Shown here piece after piece: positions 40,578-50,740 of a stretch of DNA of 64,000 nt. The DNA comes from an uncultured Chthonomonadaceae bacterium (lineage in GTDB: Bacteria > Armatimonadota > Chthonomonadetes > Chthonomonadales > Chthonomonadaceae). The notes below the pieces were generated by a model. The model saw only the letters and a list, made by a program, of their open reading frames with translations. It was not told where the DNA came from and ran no database searches. The stretch lies in assembly GCA_963835065.1 (NCBI GenBank), contig CAWIEK010000016.1, positions 32,001 through 96,000 of the forward strand, written 5' to 3'. Every line of letters begins with the position of its first letter. Positions within the stretch are counted from its first letter, which is position 1. The position numbers were made by a program, and so were the translations under genes.

Positions 40578-41774
40578 TCAAAAATCCACATGCAGCTTTT
40601 TCAGCGCATCTTCCAGGCTGTGGCTTCCTTCTTCATACCCGACAAAGGCGGCAGCGATCTTGCCGTCTTTGTCAATTACGTACTGCGTGGGGATGCTGTT
40701 GACGAGATAGAGTTTTTTGGCGATGTTGTTGTCGGCGCGGCCTGCCGGGTCGAAGGCGGTGGGAAAGGTATACGCGCTTTTCTTGGCCGCAACCCATTTG
40801 TCATACTCCTTGCGCTCGTCCCAGACGCACAATCCCAACACTGCAACGCCTTTGTCTTTCACTTCAGTATACACTTTTTGCAGGTGCGGCAGGGAGCGCT
40901 GGCAGGGAACGCACCAGGTTGCCCAAAAATCGAGGACAACCACTTTACCCTTGAAGTCGGACAAATGCACGGTTGTTCCGTTGGCTGTCACGGCGGAAAA
41001 GTCCGGCGCAGGCGAACCGATCCGCAGCAGGTCATCGGCGGTGTTCGCGGCTCCGGGCGGAACTTTCCAGGCGAAAGTTTGCCGCGGAATAGGGGCGTCG
41101 AATGTCCAGCCGGTAAAATCCATTTGCAGTTGGGGCGCTGTGACGCCGTTGCGCAGGGAAATGTCGCAGACGCGAACAGGCAATCCCGTCGAGGCATCGC
41201 GCCATGTTTTCACGCCTGCCGCGTAGGAACCGCCGTCCTGCATTTTGCGAGGTGGTTCCAAATCGGTTGTCGCCACCATCTTGCGCCCGTCCAGCGTTTC
41301 TTCGCGGACGGTTCGCGTCATGTTGGGGCGCGGGGGCGCATCCGGCGTTAAAATCAGCGCCACGCCCGCCATCGTGTACAGTTGGCTTTTGGCGCGTTCC
41401 CCGGCTTTTGGCGCGTCGGCAATGCTGTATTTACCGAGCAGGCTGTTGTACTCGTAGGCTTTGCTGCCGTCCGTTAAGTAGAACGAGGGCTGTTTCGCCT
41501 GCCCGGCAAGCGGCGCCGCGTCAATACGGTAGCGCGTCAGGCTTGCCACCGTAACCGTCACGCCGAAAAACGGCTTCGCCTGCCCATTCGGGCTGACGAG
41601 GGAAAACGTTCCGTTCATTTTGATGGTTTTTGCGCTTGTCAGGCGGCTGCCCGGAATGGTCACGGCGGGAGCAGGCACACCGGGAGCCGTCGCGTCCTGC
41701 GCGGTCACAGGCACAGCCATAAGCCCGCCGCATACCATCAGGGCGCTATGCCATCCCCTACTGATTGTTTGCAT
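40578..41774 (-). CDS. exported TlpA-family redoxin with N-terminal beta-rich domain
   Basis: LSDFKGKVVVLDFWATWCVPC; IPTQYVIDKDG. Confidence 0.88.
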   Translation of the reverse strand: MQTISRGWHSALMVCGGLMAVPVTAQDATAPGVPAPAVTIPGSRLTSAKTIKMNGTFSLVSPNGQAKPFFGVTVTVASLTRYRIDAAPLAGQAKQPSFYLTDGSKAYEYNSLLGKYSIADAPKAGERAKSQLYTMAGVALILTPDAPPRPNMTRTVREETLDGRKMVATTDLEPPRKMQDGGSYAAGVKTWRDASTGLPVRVCDISLRNGVTAPQLQMDFTGWTFDAPIPRQTFAWKVPPGAANTADDLLRIGSPAPDFSAVTANGTTVHLSDFKGKVVVLDFWATWCVPCQRSLPHLQKVYTEVKDKGVAVLGLCVWDERKEYDKWVAAKKSAYTFPTAFDPAGRADNNIAKKLYLVNSIPTQYVIDKDGKIAAAFVGYEEGSHSLEDALKKLHVDF

Positions 41775-41887
41775 GGAAGCTTCTCTTTTCATTTACAAAT
41801 CAGACGAATCGCGTTCAGATTATTGCCTCTGAATATCTCGCCTGCTCCCAATGTTGAGAGCAGGGGTCGAGAGATGAGAGCTTTTCA

Positions 41888-42802
41888 TCACAAAGCCGGG
41901 TTGCCGGCGTCTTTGTTGGGCACGAAGTAGTAGTTGGAGCCGGGTACGGTTGCCGAGCCGGCATTGGGGCCGATGAGATGGCCTACATTTGCCGCAATGT
42001 AGCTGGCCTTCAACCCGTTCTGGTTCAGGCGCATGGCTTTGGCATGGGCGTCCAGAAACACCACGTTTGCGGCAAGGCCGGGATGTCGGCCCGCCAGGTA
42101 GGGAGTTGCGATAGCGTTTGTCGCGGGATTACGGGGCGGATTGACGCCGTTGAAGGTGGAACTGGTCCCGCCCGCATCTCCCATCAGCAGGCTTTCCGCC
42201 GTGTTGTCCCAGGCCGCCAGCGTGGTAAAGGGGCCATAGCCGCCATAAGAATAGACGAGAAGAACGTTTTTATCGTAGCCCAGGGGCGCGTCGCCCGGAT
42301 CAATCGTAAAGGGCGCTCCGCCGGTACTGGGCTTGAGATTGGCGGCGGAAAGGCAGGACTGCACCTGCCCGTTTTTAAGATAGGGCTGCAAGATGCCCTG
42401 CGACGCGATCAGTTTGGCCGCGCCACTGTTTTGCAGAATCAGGCCGAAGAACCAATAGTAGGTATTGGAGTACGTAAAGCCGGACGGAGCGGTGTAGGAG
42501 TTGATTGGGTAGGTTTCGTCGTAATCCTGCACGTACATCACGGTCGCCAATCCCATTTGCTTCAAGTTGGACAGACAGGATGTTTGACGGGCTTTTTCCC
42601 GCGCCTGCGCGAAGACCGGAAACAGAATGGCGGCAAGAATGGCGATGATGGCGATCACCACGAGCAGTTCGATCAGGGTAAACGCCCGGTTGAGGATTGA
42701 GGGATTTCCGATTGAGTTTCTTCTGTTCCCTGTGTTGGGCGTTGAATGTTGGGCGTTGACGGCTTTGGAGCGACGCGCAGTTGAAGCAAAAATGGATCGC
42801 AT
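41888..42802 (-). CDS. prepilin-type N-terminal cleavage/methylation DUF1559 protein
   Basis: [57 protein letters not shown]. Confidence 0.92.
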   Translation of the reverse strand: MRSIFASTARRSKAVNAQHSTPNTGNRRNSIGNPSILNRAFTLIELLVVIAIIAILAAILFPVFAQAREKARQTSCLSNLKQMGLATVMYVQDYDETYPINSYTAPSGFTYSNTYYWFFGLILQNSGAAKLIASQGILQPYLKNGQVQSCLSAANLKPSTGGAPFTIDPGDAPLGYDKNVLLVYSYGGYGPFTTLAAWDNTAESLLMGDAGGTSSTFNGVNPPRNPATNAIATPYLAGRHPGLAANVVFLDAHAKAMRLNQNGLKASYIAANVGHLIGPNAGSATVPGSNYYFVPNKDAGNPAL

Positions 42803-43080
42803 TGAGTGTAACCTCCCGGATGGAAAATACCAACGGCAACATCGCGCGTGGTGTCGAAAAACGAAGCAGCAGGAGTGCAGGGGCGCGCTCTTGACTGAAT
42901 TGTATCCATTATATCACTGCCTACAACATAAACAGGGGAAGGTGGGAAGGTTCTGTCGGCGCGTTTGTCAAAACGGGTATAATGTGACAAATGGCGGGGG
43001 CACACTGTCTTCAGAACCGCTTTGAGTCAGCATCCTTGCAGACTGCCGCTGCGCGCCTGCAAACTTGCGGAACAAAAATC

Positions 43081-43794
43081 ATGAACACTCTTGTACCGGA
43101 GGAATTCGATTTTCAGCGTATTGGCCGCCGTATCCGCCACCGGCGACTGCAAATGGGATTGTCGGCGGCGGAAGTGGCGCGGCAGGCGGGCGTGACGCGG
43201 CAAACCCTGGTGCGCCTGGAAAGCGGCAAGCCCTGCAAATTGCATACCTTGAACCGCCTGCGCAGTGTTTTGCGCCTGTTCTTCGATTACCTGCTGCGGG
43301 ACGATCCGCTGTTTGATTTTTGCGCGCAGCACAAGCCGGACGAAGCGCATTGGGTGGCATCCCGCAAGAAATCCGAGTACCAGAAGCACGGGGAGATTAC
43401 CGTTCCCGGCTTTGAGGACGACGCTGCCGAGCGGCTGCGGCTGGGGCGGCTGGGGTTTCAGCCTTTTTTTACCTGCCTGCTCACGTCCGAACTGCCCGAC
43501 GGCATTCTCAATCAGGGCATTATGGAAATCTATCGCGAAACGTGGGTAGACAGCCATCCGGGTGAGGAATTTGTGTACTGCCTCCGGGGGAAGGCGCGGC
43601 TTCGGGTACGAGGCGAAACGTTCCTGCTGGAGGAGGGCGGCGCGCTCACATTCAATGCGGTGGAACCGCATCAATATGCGCCTGCCGAACCCGTCGGACC
43701 GGAGGAGCCGCCCGTGCTATTGCTGATCGTGCTGGCGCTGCCGCCCTTGAGCGCGCGAGGCAAGCCAAAAACAGGCGCGACAAATGAGCCGTAA
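43081..43794 (+). CDS. XRE-family HTH regulator with cupin domain
   Basis: IGRRIRHRR..GLSAAEVARQAGVTRQTLVRLESG; HPGEEFVYCLRG. Confidence 0.9.
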   Translation: MNTLVPEEFDFQRIGRRIRHRRLQMGLSAAEVARQAGVTRQTLVRLESGKPCKLHTLNRLRSVLRLFFDYLLRDDPLFDFCAQHKPDEAHWVASRKKSEYQKHGEITVPGFEDDAAERLRLGRLGFQPFFTCLLTSELPDGILNQGIMEIYRETWVDSHPGEEFVYCLRGKARLRVRGETFLLEEGGALTFNAVEPHQYAPAEPVGPEEPPVLLLIVLALPPLSARGKPKTGATNEP

Positions 43795-43931
43795 CGCAGG
43801 CATCTCCTGACCCGCAAGTGGAAACTCCGGGACACAATGCGATGATACGCATTCGTGTCCCGGAGTTTGTTGGCTGCTTCACGTTGTTTTTGGCTTCACA
43901 CTGGCGGCAGGCGTACCCGCCGAACTTGCCC

Positions 43932-44765
43932 TCAGCTTTTCTTTGTCATTTGATAATAATAATTATCCTGGTCGGCCTTGCCCGTCCAGCCTTCGCGCAG
44001 CAGGTCGCCGAGATTGTTGTCTCGAAACAGAACCGGCGTGACGCCGAAAATTGTCTTCGTGGGAGTCGCCGGACGCGCGGCTTTCACATGTCCATCGAAC
44101 CACAGCACGTTGGAAAAACCATGATGGCGGCCATGTACGCCGGGACGCTTCAAGGACGGCCAGCCGAGCATGGCATCGCGGTACAGACTTCCATCCGAGG
44201 AAATGCCTGCTGCATCCGCGACGAGAATGGTTTCTGTAGGGGCGGTAAACGCCGACAGGGTTGGTATGGTCGGCTGAAATCCGGGCAGATCGTAATACAG
44301 CAGGAAGTTCAGGCCGTAAGCGAACTTTGTAGGCGCGAAATCCCCCAGAGGAATTCCGCCTGCGGAGGGACAGTCCATAACGGCCCCGTTCTTCAGATAG
44401 GGTTCCAGAAAGCCCCGCGCCGGGTCGAACAAGACCGGGAATTGCGAAAAATCGTAGCGGCCGTTCCAGGTAATCACGGCTGTTCCGTCATCGTCGTCAT
44501 ACTCAAAAGGAAAAAGCTCCTCGTCGTAGTCCTGCATATACAGTTGCGCGGACAGGCCGATCTGCTTGAGGTTGGACATGCACGAGGCTTGCCGCGCTTT
44601 TTCGCGCGCTTGGGCAAAAACGGGAAACAAAATGGCGGCAAGAATGGCAATCACGGCAATGACGACAAGCAGTTCAATGAGCGTAAACGCGGCAGGACGC
44701 GCAGAGTCCTGGCATCGCAGCGAGGATGAAATGCGTTGGCGCTGCTTGGTTGCTTTATGTCGCAT
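43932..44765 (-). CDS. prepilin-type N-terminal cleavage/methylation DUF1559 protein
   Basis: [50 protein letters not shown]. Confidence 0.92.
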   Translation of the reverse strand: MRHKATKQRQRISSSLRCQDSARPAAFTLIELLVVIAVIAILAAILFPVFAQAREKARQASCMSNLKQIGLSAQLYMQDYDEELFPFEYDDDDGTAVITWNGRYDFSQFPVLFDPARGFLEPYLKNGAVMDCPSAGGIPLGDFAPTKFAYGLNFLLYYDLPGFQPTIPTLSAFTAPTETILVADAAGISSDGSLYRDAMLGWPSLKRPGVHGRHHGFSNVLWFDGHVKAARPATPTKTIFGVTPVLFRDNNLGDLLREGWTGKADQDNYYYQMTKKS

Positions 44766-44924
44766 GGTATACCACGAACTTTCTCAAAACACCGTGTCAC
44801 CCCAATGGGCGGAGCGAAGAAAGGAGCCATCAGGTTCTAGAATCAACTTCATATACAAAAACAAGTGTTGAGTTCTTAACTCGTGTTCTCTGACTGCCAA
44901 AATTGCGGGGAAGTTCCCTATTTT

Positions 44925-45914
44925 TCACAAACCTACTTCGGATGCGGCGTTTTCGCGGAACAGCGAGCCTTCGCGGATGTAGCGGCGTACCATGTTGACA
45001 TTCGCGTGTCCTGTCTGCTGCATGATGGCGCGTTCCGAAACGCCCGCCTGCGCCGCGCTGGTTGCCAGTCCCGCCCGCAGACTGTGGCCGGCATATTGCG
45101 CCGCGTCCAAGCCTGCCGCCCGCGCCGTCTTTTGTACAATCAGCGCAACCGAGCGGTCCGACAGGGCGCGGGGCAGGATATGGCCGTGCTTGTTGATGGG
45201 GCGAAACAAGGGCCCGGCCTCGATGTTCGCCACATTCAGCCAGGCTTGCAGGGAACGCACGGGGCAGGTATGCGGCTTGGAGCCATACGGTATCCCGATC
45301 TTGCGCCCCTGCCCCTCCTGATCGGTCTTGCTCCGCCGCAGCGTGACGGTAATGCCTTCGGTTGCAATAATAATATCTGAGCGCGTCAGGCTGACAAGTT
45401 CGGAGCGGCGAAACGCGCCCGCGAAGCCGAGCAGCAGCAGGGCGCGATCCCGGATTCCCGTCGGCGTGGGCGGCAGGGTGTCCACCATGCGGCGAATGTC
45501 GGCGGTGAGCGTGGGCGCTTTGCCTTCATACGCGGTTCCCTTGACGCGCCGGATGCCCGCCCACGTCGCCCGCACAATGGCTTCCTGTGTCGGCGTCGCG
45601 TGTCCCGCTGCCTGATGCGCCTGCGAAATAGAACTTAATCGCCGCTGCAAGGTGCTGCATTTGTGGGTATCGGCCAGCATGGTCAAGTACAGCGCGACGG
45701 TTTCCGGCGCGGCGGGTAAGGGAACAAGATCGTGCTGCGCGCACCAGGCGGTAAAATGGTTCCAATCTGCCCGGTAGCCGCGCAGGGTATTGGCCGCCCG
45801 CGCCTGCTCCACATACGCCCGCGCCTGCTTCCCCGCCTGCTTGAGTTCTTCCGAAATGGCAGGCAGGTGGTTTTCCGCTTCAACAACTTCAACAATGGTA
45901 ATTTCCGTACTCAT
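44925..45914 (-). CDS. tyrosine recombinase (site-specific integrase/resolvase)
   Basis: NTLRGYRADW, RDRALLLLGFAGAFRRSEL, RSKTDQEG, GHSLRAG, TGH...RY. Confidence 0.95.
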   Translation of the reverse strand: MSTEITIVEVVEAENHLPAISEELKQAGKQARAYVEQARAANTLRGYRADWNHFTAWCAQHDLVPLPAAPETVALYLTMLADTHKCSTLQRRLSSISQAHQAAGHATPTQEAIVRATWAGIRRVKGTAYEGKAPTLTADIRRMVDTLPPTPTGIRDRALLLLGFAGAFRRSELVSLTRSDIIIATEGITVTLRRSKTDQEGQGRKIGIPYGSKPHTCPVRSLQAWLNVANIEAGPLFRPINKHGHILPRALSDRSVALIVQKTARAAGLDAAQYAGHSLRAGLATSAAQAGVSERAIMQQTGHANVNMVRRYIREGSLFRENAASEVGL

Positions 45915-45946
45915 AAATCACTTGCTTTCTCAACCCGATGGCGGTT

Positions 45947-46096
45947 TTGTCTGAACCATGATTTATGTGATTTTCAGGATTACCATGATGATGTGCAGCC
46001 TGAACTACGAATCGTTCAATTATAGGCCGACTATGAGGAACGCGCCTCCTTCAATCATGGCAATCATCGTAATCACATAAATCATGGTTCAGACAA
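45947..46096. repeat. MITE-like element, copy B
   Basis: tgtctgaaccatgatttatgtgatt ... aatcacataaatcatggttcagaca. Confidence 0.85.
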
Positions 46097-46209
46097 CCCC
46101 GAAACGTCAATTTTCAGGCTATAATCAAGGAAGATACTGCATATGGCATGGAGCCTGTTGTTCCTTCGCGGCACTGCGCTGTGTACAGGAACGACTTTGG
46201 AGGAATACA

Positions 46210-47097
46210 ATGACAGCAACTGCATCAACTCGATTTGAAATGAACAATGCCGAAGTACTGCCAATTAGCGCCGAACAACAGGCGTTTTATACGACAAATG
46301 GCTACCTGATTGTGCCGCAGGTGTTCGCGCCGGACGAAGTTGCCATGTACCGCGACCACTTCATGCGGCTGCGGGCGGAAGGCGCGCGTCCGGGCGATTT
46401 CGCGGGCGCGGACCTGACCAGCGAAGACCCTTTGAAGCGCTACCCGCGCATGATTCACATGCACCGATGGGATGAGGTAAGCCTGCAATGGCTGCTTGAC
46501 TCGCGCCTGAACGCCTGCCTCTTGTCCCTGCTTGGCGTGGAGCCGTATGCCGTACAAACCATGCTGTACTTCAAGCCGGCGGGCGCGCGTGGGCAGGCAT
46601 TGCATCAGGATCAGTATTATTTGCGCGTCCAGCCCGGAACGTGCATGGCCGCATGGCTGGCGCTGGATCGCTGCGACGAAGAAAACGGCTGTATGCGCGT
46701 CGTGCCGGGCAGCCATACATGGCCCGTCCTCTGCCCCATTACGGCGGACACAACTCAAAGTTTTACCGACATTACGGTTCCCATTCCTTCCGACCAGGAA
46801 GTGCGCCCCGTTTTGATGGAAGCGGGCGACGTGCTGTTTTTCAACGGGCAATTGGTACATGGCAGCTACCCGAATACCTCGCCGGATCGCTTTCGCCGCG
46901 CCCTGATCGGCCACTACATTGTCGGCAACGCGGAAAAAGTGGGCGGCTACTACCATCCCGCGCTGCGCATGGACGGTTCCGTTGTCGAAATCCCCTCCAA
47001 CGACTCCGCCGGGCCGTGTGGCGTGTGGGTAGACCGCGACGGCAGGCGCGAAATTGATGTAGAAAACGTTCTCGCCACGTCGGACGCCCACGAATAA
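46210..47097 (+). CDS. phytanoyl-CoA dioxygenase family protein
   Basis: FYTTNGYL, LHQD, NGCMRVVPGSH, GDVLFF..LVHGS. Confidence 0.92.
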   Translation: MTATASTRFEMNNAEVLPISAEQQAFYTTNGYLIVPQVFAPDEVAMYRDHFMRLRAEGARPGDFAGADLTSEDPLKRYPRMIHMHRWDEVSLQWLLDSRLNACLLSLLGVEPYAVQTMLYFKPAGARGQALHQDQYYLRVQPGTCMAAWLALDRCDEENGCMRVVPGSHTWPVLCPITADTTQSFTDITVPIPSDQEVRPVLMEAGDVLFFNGQLVHGSYPNTSPDRFRRALIGHYIVGNAEKVGGYYHPALRMDGSVVEIPSNDSAGPCGVWVDRDGRREIDVENVLATSDAHE

Positions 47098-47224
47098 GCC
47101 ACCGCGCGAACAGGCAATTGCGCGAACAGGCAACGGAATGGCAGGCACAACCATGAACAAACGACAGCGCTTTTTTCGCTCCGGCATTATCGTCTTGATT
47201 GCGTTGCTGTGCTTATTCCAAATC

Positions 47225-47356
47225 ACCGTTCAAATAAAACGTTTCTCACCTCAAAAAGAACGTTGTAGGGGCACAACATGTTGTGCCCGCCCGCCGCGTT
47301 ATCAGGAAGAGGGCACAACATGTTGTGCCCCTACAAACTTTTATTTGAACGGTATT
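47225..47356. repeat. REP-like element with paired G(A/G)CACAACATGTTGTG(T/C)C palindromes
   Basis: accgttcaaataaaa..gtaggggcacaacatgttgtgccc..gggcacaacatgttgtgcccctac..ttttatttgaacggt. Confidence 0.85.
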
Positions 47357-47394
47357 GGTGCTAGTTCTACTCCCTACTGCCCACTCCCTACTGC

Positions 47395-48402
47395 CTATCT
47401 CCACCTTGCCGTTTGTCCGAAGTCGGCGTTGTAATAGTTGCTGACATGGGTTCCGGGCGGGACGATGGCGTCTATTTGCTGGCTGTCTTCGTCCGTTACT
47501 TTCACGTCTGCCGCTTTCAGGTAGTCTTCCAACTGCTCCAGGGAGCGCGGGCCGATGATGGGACTGGTCACGCCGGGCTGCGCCATGCACCAGGCGAGGG
47601 CGAAATGCGCCAGGGGTATATTGCGTTGCTCGGCGAACGTCAGCAGTTTTTCCACGACGGCAAGCGCGGTATCGTTGTCGCGGTTGGCGAATGCGCCTTT
47701 TTCGTAGCGGGAACCTTCGGGGCGCGGCTGTCCTAATCGGTACTTGCCCGTGAGCAGGCCACCGGCGATGGGCGCCCAGGGAATGACGCCGAAGCCATAC
47801 GCGCGGCAAAACGGCAGCAGTTCCCGCTCAATGCGCCGGTCCAGCAGGTTGTACGGCGGCTGTTCGCAGACGAAGCGATTCAGGTGCAGGGCGTCGGACG
47901 CCCACAGGGATTCGACCAATTGCCAGGCGGCGAAGGTGCTTGTGCCGATGTAGCGCACTTTGCCCTGCCGGATAAGATCGTCCAGGGCGCGCAGGGTTTC
48001 GTCAACGGGTACGGACGGCTGCGGGCGGTGCAGTTGGTACAGGTCAATGTAATCCGTTTGCAGGCGGCGCAGGCTGTCCTCGCAGCCCTGAATGATGTGA
48101 CGGCGGTGGCTGCCCCAGGCGTTTGGGTCGGTATCGTCCATGCGGTTGTACACTTTGGTTGCGAGTACCACTTTGTCGCGCCGATTGTCCATTGCCAGCG
48201 CTTTGCCCGTAATGGTTTCCGACACGCCCCGGCTGTACACGTCAGCGGTATCGAAGAAGTTAATTCCCGCTTCCATTGCCCGGTGCATGATGGCAATGGA
48301 GTCTTCCTCACCGGTTCCGCTCTTGCCATCGCCCCAGTTCATGCACCCCAGACACAGCGTACTGACTTGAACGCCCGTTCTGCCCAATGCTCGGTATTCC
48401 AT
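47395..48402 (-). CDS. aldo/keto reductase
   Basis: MEYRALGRTG, FFDTADVY, VLATK, SLRRLQTDYIDLYQLH. Confidence 0.95.
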   Translation of the reverse strand: MEYRALGRTGVQVSTLCLGCMNWGDGKSGTGEEDSIAIMHRAMEAGINFFDTADVYSRGVSETITGKALAMDNRRDKVVLATKVYNRMDDTDPNAWGSHRRHIIQGCEDSLRRLQTDYIDLYQLHRPQPSVPVDETLRALDDLIRQGKVRYIGTSTFAAWQLVESLWASDALHLNRFVCEQPPYNLLDRRIERELLPFCRAYGFGVIPWAPIAGGLLTGKYRLGQPRPEGSRYEKGAFANRDNDTALAVVEKLLTFAEQRNIPLAHFALAWCMAQPGVTSPIIGPRSLEQLEDYLKAADVKVTDEDSQQIDAIVPPGTHVSNYYNADFGQTARWR

Positions 48403-48465
48403 ACTAAACTTCTCCCGAAATATGTAGCCGTTTGCAAGATGCGATTGCCACCTCAAAAACAACAT

Positions 48466-48538
48466 CGTAGGGACACAACATGTTGTGTCCGCGCTCCTAC
48501 GTTACAAGCGCGGACACAACATGTTGTGTCCCTACGAA
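48466..48538. repeat. REP-like element (same family as 47225 and 59689)
   Basis: cgtagggacacaacatgttgtgtccg...cggacacaacatgttgtgtccctacg. Confidence 0.85.
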
Positions 48539-48577
48539 CGTCTATCCAGGTGGGTGTTGATCTTCTTACTTTCAGAG

Positions 48578-48605
48578 AAAAGTGTCCATTCAAATGGACA
48601 CTTTT
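48578..48605. promoter_or_regulatory. palindrome 1, candidate parS
   Basis: aaaagtgtccatt-ca-aatggacactttt just downstream of parB. Confidence 0.65.
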
Positions 48606-48682
48606 AGCGCTCCACAAGGTATTTTGACCTTAAATCGCGTTCGTCACGCTTACTACCCTGCTTACAAAGCCGGTTACGTTGC

Positions 48683-48714
48683 GCAAAAGTGTCCATTTGA
48701 ATGGACACTTTTGC
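48683..48714. promoter_or_regulatory. palindrome 2, candidate parS
   Basis: gcaaaagtgtccatt-tg-aatggacacttttgc, 6 nt past the parB stop. Confidence 0.65.
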
Positions 48715-48720
48715 TGATTA

Positions 48721-49782
48721 TTACGCTTTCATCTCCACGACTTTCGCTTGTTCTATGGCGTCGGCGAGTACGGATTTTTCCTCTTCCGTCAGCGTGTTGG
48801 ATACCAGAGCCTCTACGATCCAGCGCACTTCCGGGCGAAGCTGCGGGGATTGCGAGAAGGTGACGGAGGTGGATTGACGTGGGCGCGTGGTGCGCAGTCG
48901 CTCGCCTTTTGGCGCGGAAAAGGGATGCGGGCGCTCTTCGGCTACGGACAAATCCGTATTCGCGCCCAACGCCTGCCTTGCCAGCAAATGCTGTCGCACC
49001 TGTGACACGGACAGGCCGTAGCTTCCCGTGCGGCGCTCACTGGGGCGAGCGGCCTGCTCCGCAAGCGTGAGCAGTTCCTCCTTTTGCAGCAGGCCCTGCG
49101 CGCGCTGGAGCATGATGCCGTGACTGCCGGACAAGCGCCCCGCTTCGATCAGATCGGCAATGGACTCCGGCAGTTCGGCCAGATGGAACAGGTCGTGGAT
49201 GCGCGAGCGGCCCAGGCCCACTTCCGAGGCAATGTCTTCCCACGTCGTTTTCGGGTTTTGGGATTTACGCAGTTCGTACAGGCGGCGCAGGGCGCGGCCT
49301 TTTTCGATGTCGGTCAGTTCCGCGCGCAGCACGTTTTCGGCAAGCTGCGCGGCCTGCACTTCATCATCCGTGAGGGCGCGAATACGAGCGGGAATCCGCA
49401 CTTTGCCCGCAAGCCGCGCGGCCCGCCAGCGCCGCTCCCCTGCTACCAGCCGGTACGCTTCGCCGGGCTGAATGGGCGGGCGCACCAGAATGGGCTGCAG
49501 TACGCCGCGCCGGGCAATGTCATCGGCAAGCGCCTGCAAATCGGACGTGTCGAAGTGGCGGCGAGGCTGCGCGGGATCGGGCATGATTTCGTCGAGCAAT
49601 AGGTCGCGGGCATCGGTTGCCACGCCCGCATGCGCAAGGTCGCCCTCGTTGAGCAGATTGGCCGCAGCCGCAACCGTTTGCGACATTCCTTCCCGGCTGC
49701 GGGTTCTCGCCCGCGTCGCAGTGGTGGCCGGGGCGCGCTCCGGCGTGGCGGGCGCGTTAGTTTCCGCAGATTTCGGTAACAC
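48721..49782 (-). CDS. parB: ParB/RepB/Spo0J partition protein
   Basis: QPRRHF, GVLQPILVRP, LVAGERRWRAA, LAENVLRAEL; GTG start after GAGGAGG overlaps the parA end. Confidence 0.93.
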   Translation of the reverse strand: MLPKSAETNAPATPERAPATTATRARTRSREGMSQTVAAAANLLNEGDLAHAGVATDARDLLLDEIMPDPAQPRRHFDTSDLQALADDIARRGVLQPILVRPPIQPGEAYRLVAGERRWRAARLAGKVRIPARIRALTDDEVQAAQLAENVLRAELTDIEKGRALRRLYELRKSQNPKTTWEDIASEVGLGRSRIHDLFHLAELPESIADLIEAGRLSGSHGIMLQRAQGLLQKEELLTLAEQAARPSERRTGSYGLSVSQVRQHLLARQALGANTDLSVAEERPHPFSAPKGERLRTTRPRQSTSVTFSQSPQLRPEVRWIVEALVSNTLTEEEKSVLADAIEQAKVVEMKA

Positions 49783-50740
49783 TGTGTACCACCTCCTCGG
49801 CAAGCGCATAAAAGTGTTCGGCTTCCGGCAGGCCGGAAAACACGACCGGGTGACGCGCAGCGGTAGACCCGTCCACAGCCGTGCGTTCGGGAATAATCGT
49901 CTGGAACATGCGCCGCCCGAAAATCGAAGTGGTCATTTCGATAATCGCGCTGGCGTTGGCGGTTGTTAATCGCTGCCGGTTGAGGACGCCACCCAAAACG
50001 TGGATCGGATGCCGCGACAGTTCCGCGCAGCCCTTGCGGGTGTTGAGCAATTGCCGGACGCCTTCGAGGGAAAACGCGCCGTCTATGGGAATTAGAATCG
50101 CATCCGAAGCCACCATCGCGTTGATGGACAGCAGGCCGAGCGAGGGCGGCGCGTCAATCAGCACAAAGTCAAATTCGCTGCGCATAGATTCGAGCGCCTT
50201 ATCCAGTTTCATTTCCCGGCCAAGCGCGTTGTGCAGCATCATTTCCGCGGCGGCTAAATTCAGGTGGGAGGGCGCAAGGCGCAGGTTGGGATGGTATGTC
50301 ACCGTCCGCACCACCTCGGCAAGCGCGCGGGTCGGGCCTGTCGCTTCGTAGCCGATCACGTCCGCAATGGAACTTTCCACGTCGTTCCACAGCACGTCCA
50401 GCCCGAAGGAGCAGTTGGCCTGCGGGTCGAAGTCCACGATCAACACGCGATATCCGTTCATGGCAAGCGCGCCGGCAAGGTTGATGGTGATGGTGGTTTT
50501 GCCCACGCCCCCCTTCTGGTTTACGAGGGCGATAGTCGTGGTTCCCTTGCGCTTTTTCCCGCCCAGCATTTCGCGGATGCGGTCTATGTCCTCCTGCGTG
50601 TACAGGCGGCGATTTCCGGCGCGACGCGATGCCCCGCCGTCGCCGCGTCGTTCCAGTCGCCGCAGCGTGTCGGGCGTCACGCCCAGAACGTCGGCGGCTT
50701 GCGTGACCGTAAGATTTTCTACCGGACGGCGTAGTGTCAT
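49757..50740 (-). CDS. parA: ParA ATPase with N-terminal MerR-type HTH
   Basis: LTVTQAADVLGVTPDTLRRLE; NQKGGVGKTT; DFDPQAN; IDAPPSLG. Confidence 0.95.
   Translation of the reverse strand: MTLRRPVENLTVTQAADVLGVTPDTLRRLERRGDGGASRRAGNRRLYTQEDIDRIREMLGGKKRKGTTTIALVNQKGGVGKTTITINLAGALAMNGYRVLIVDFDPQANCSFGLDVLWNDVESSIADVIGYEATGPTRALAEVVRTVTYHPNLRLAPSHLNLAAAEMMLHNALGREMKLDKALESMRSEFDFVLIDAPPSLGLLSINAMVASDAILIPIDGAFSLEGVRQLLNTRKGCAELSRHPIHVLGGVLNRQRLTTANASAIIEMTTSIFGRRMFQTIIPERTAVDGSTAARHPVVFSGLPEAEHFYALAEEVVHSVTEICGN

Noticed and set aside
44925..45914. Prophage or integron integrase
   Set aside because: No phage genes, no tRNA attachment site and no attC cassette array seen
47138..47434. 98-aa ORF downstream of the dioxygenase
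   Set aside because: Mostly translated REP and heptamer repeats; only the short hydrophobic start looks protein-like
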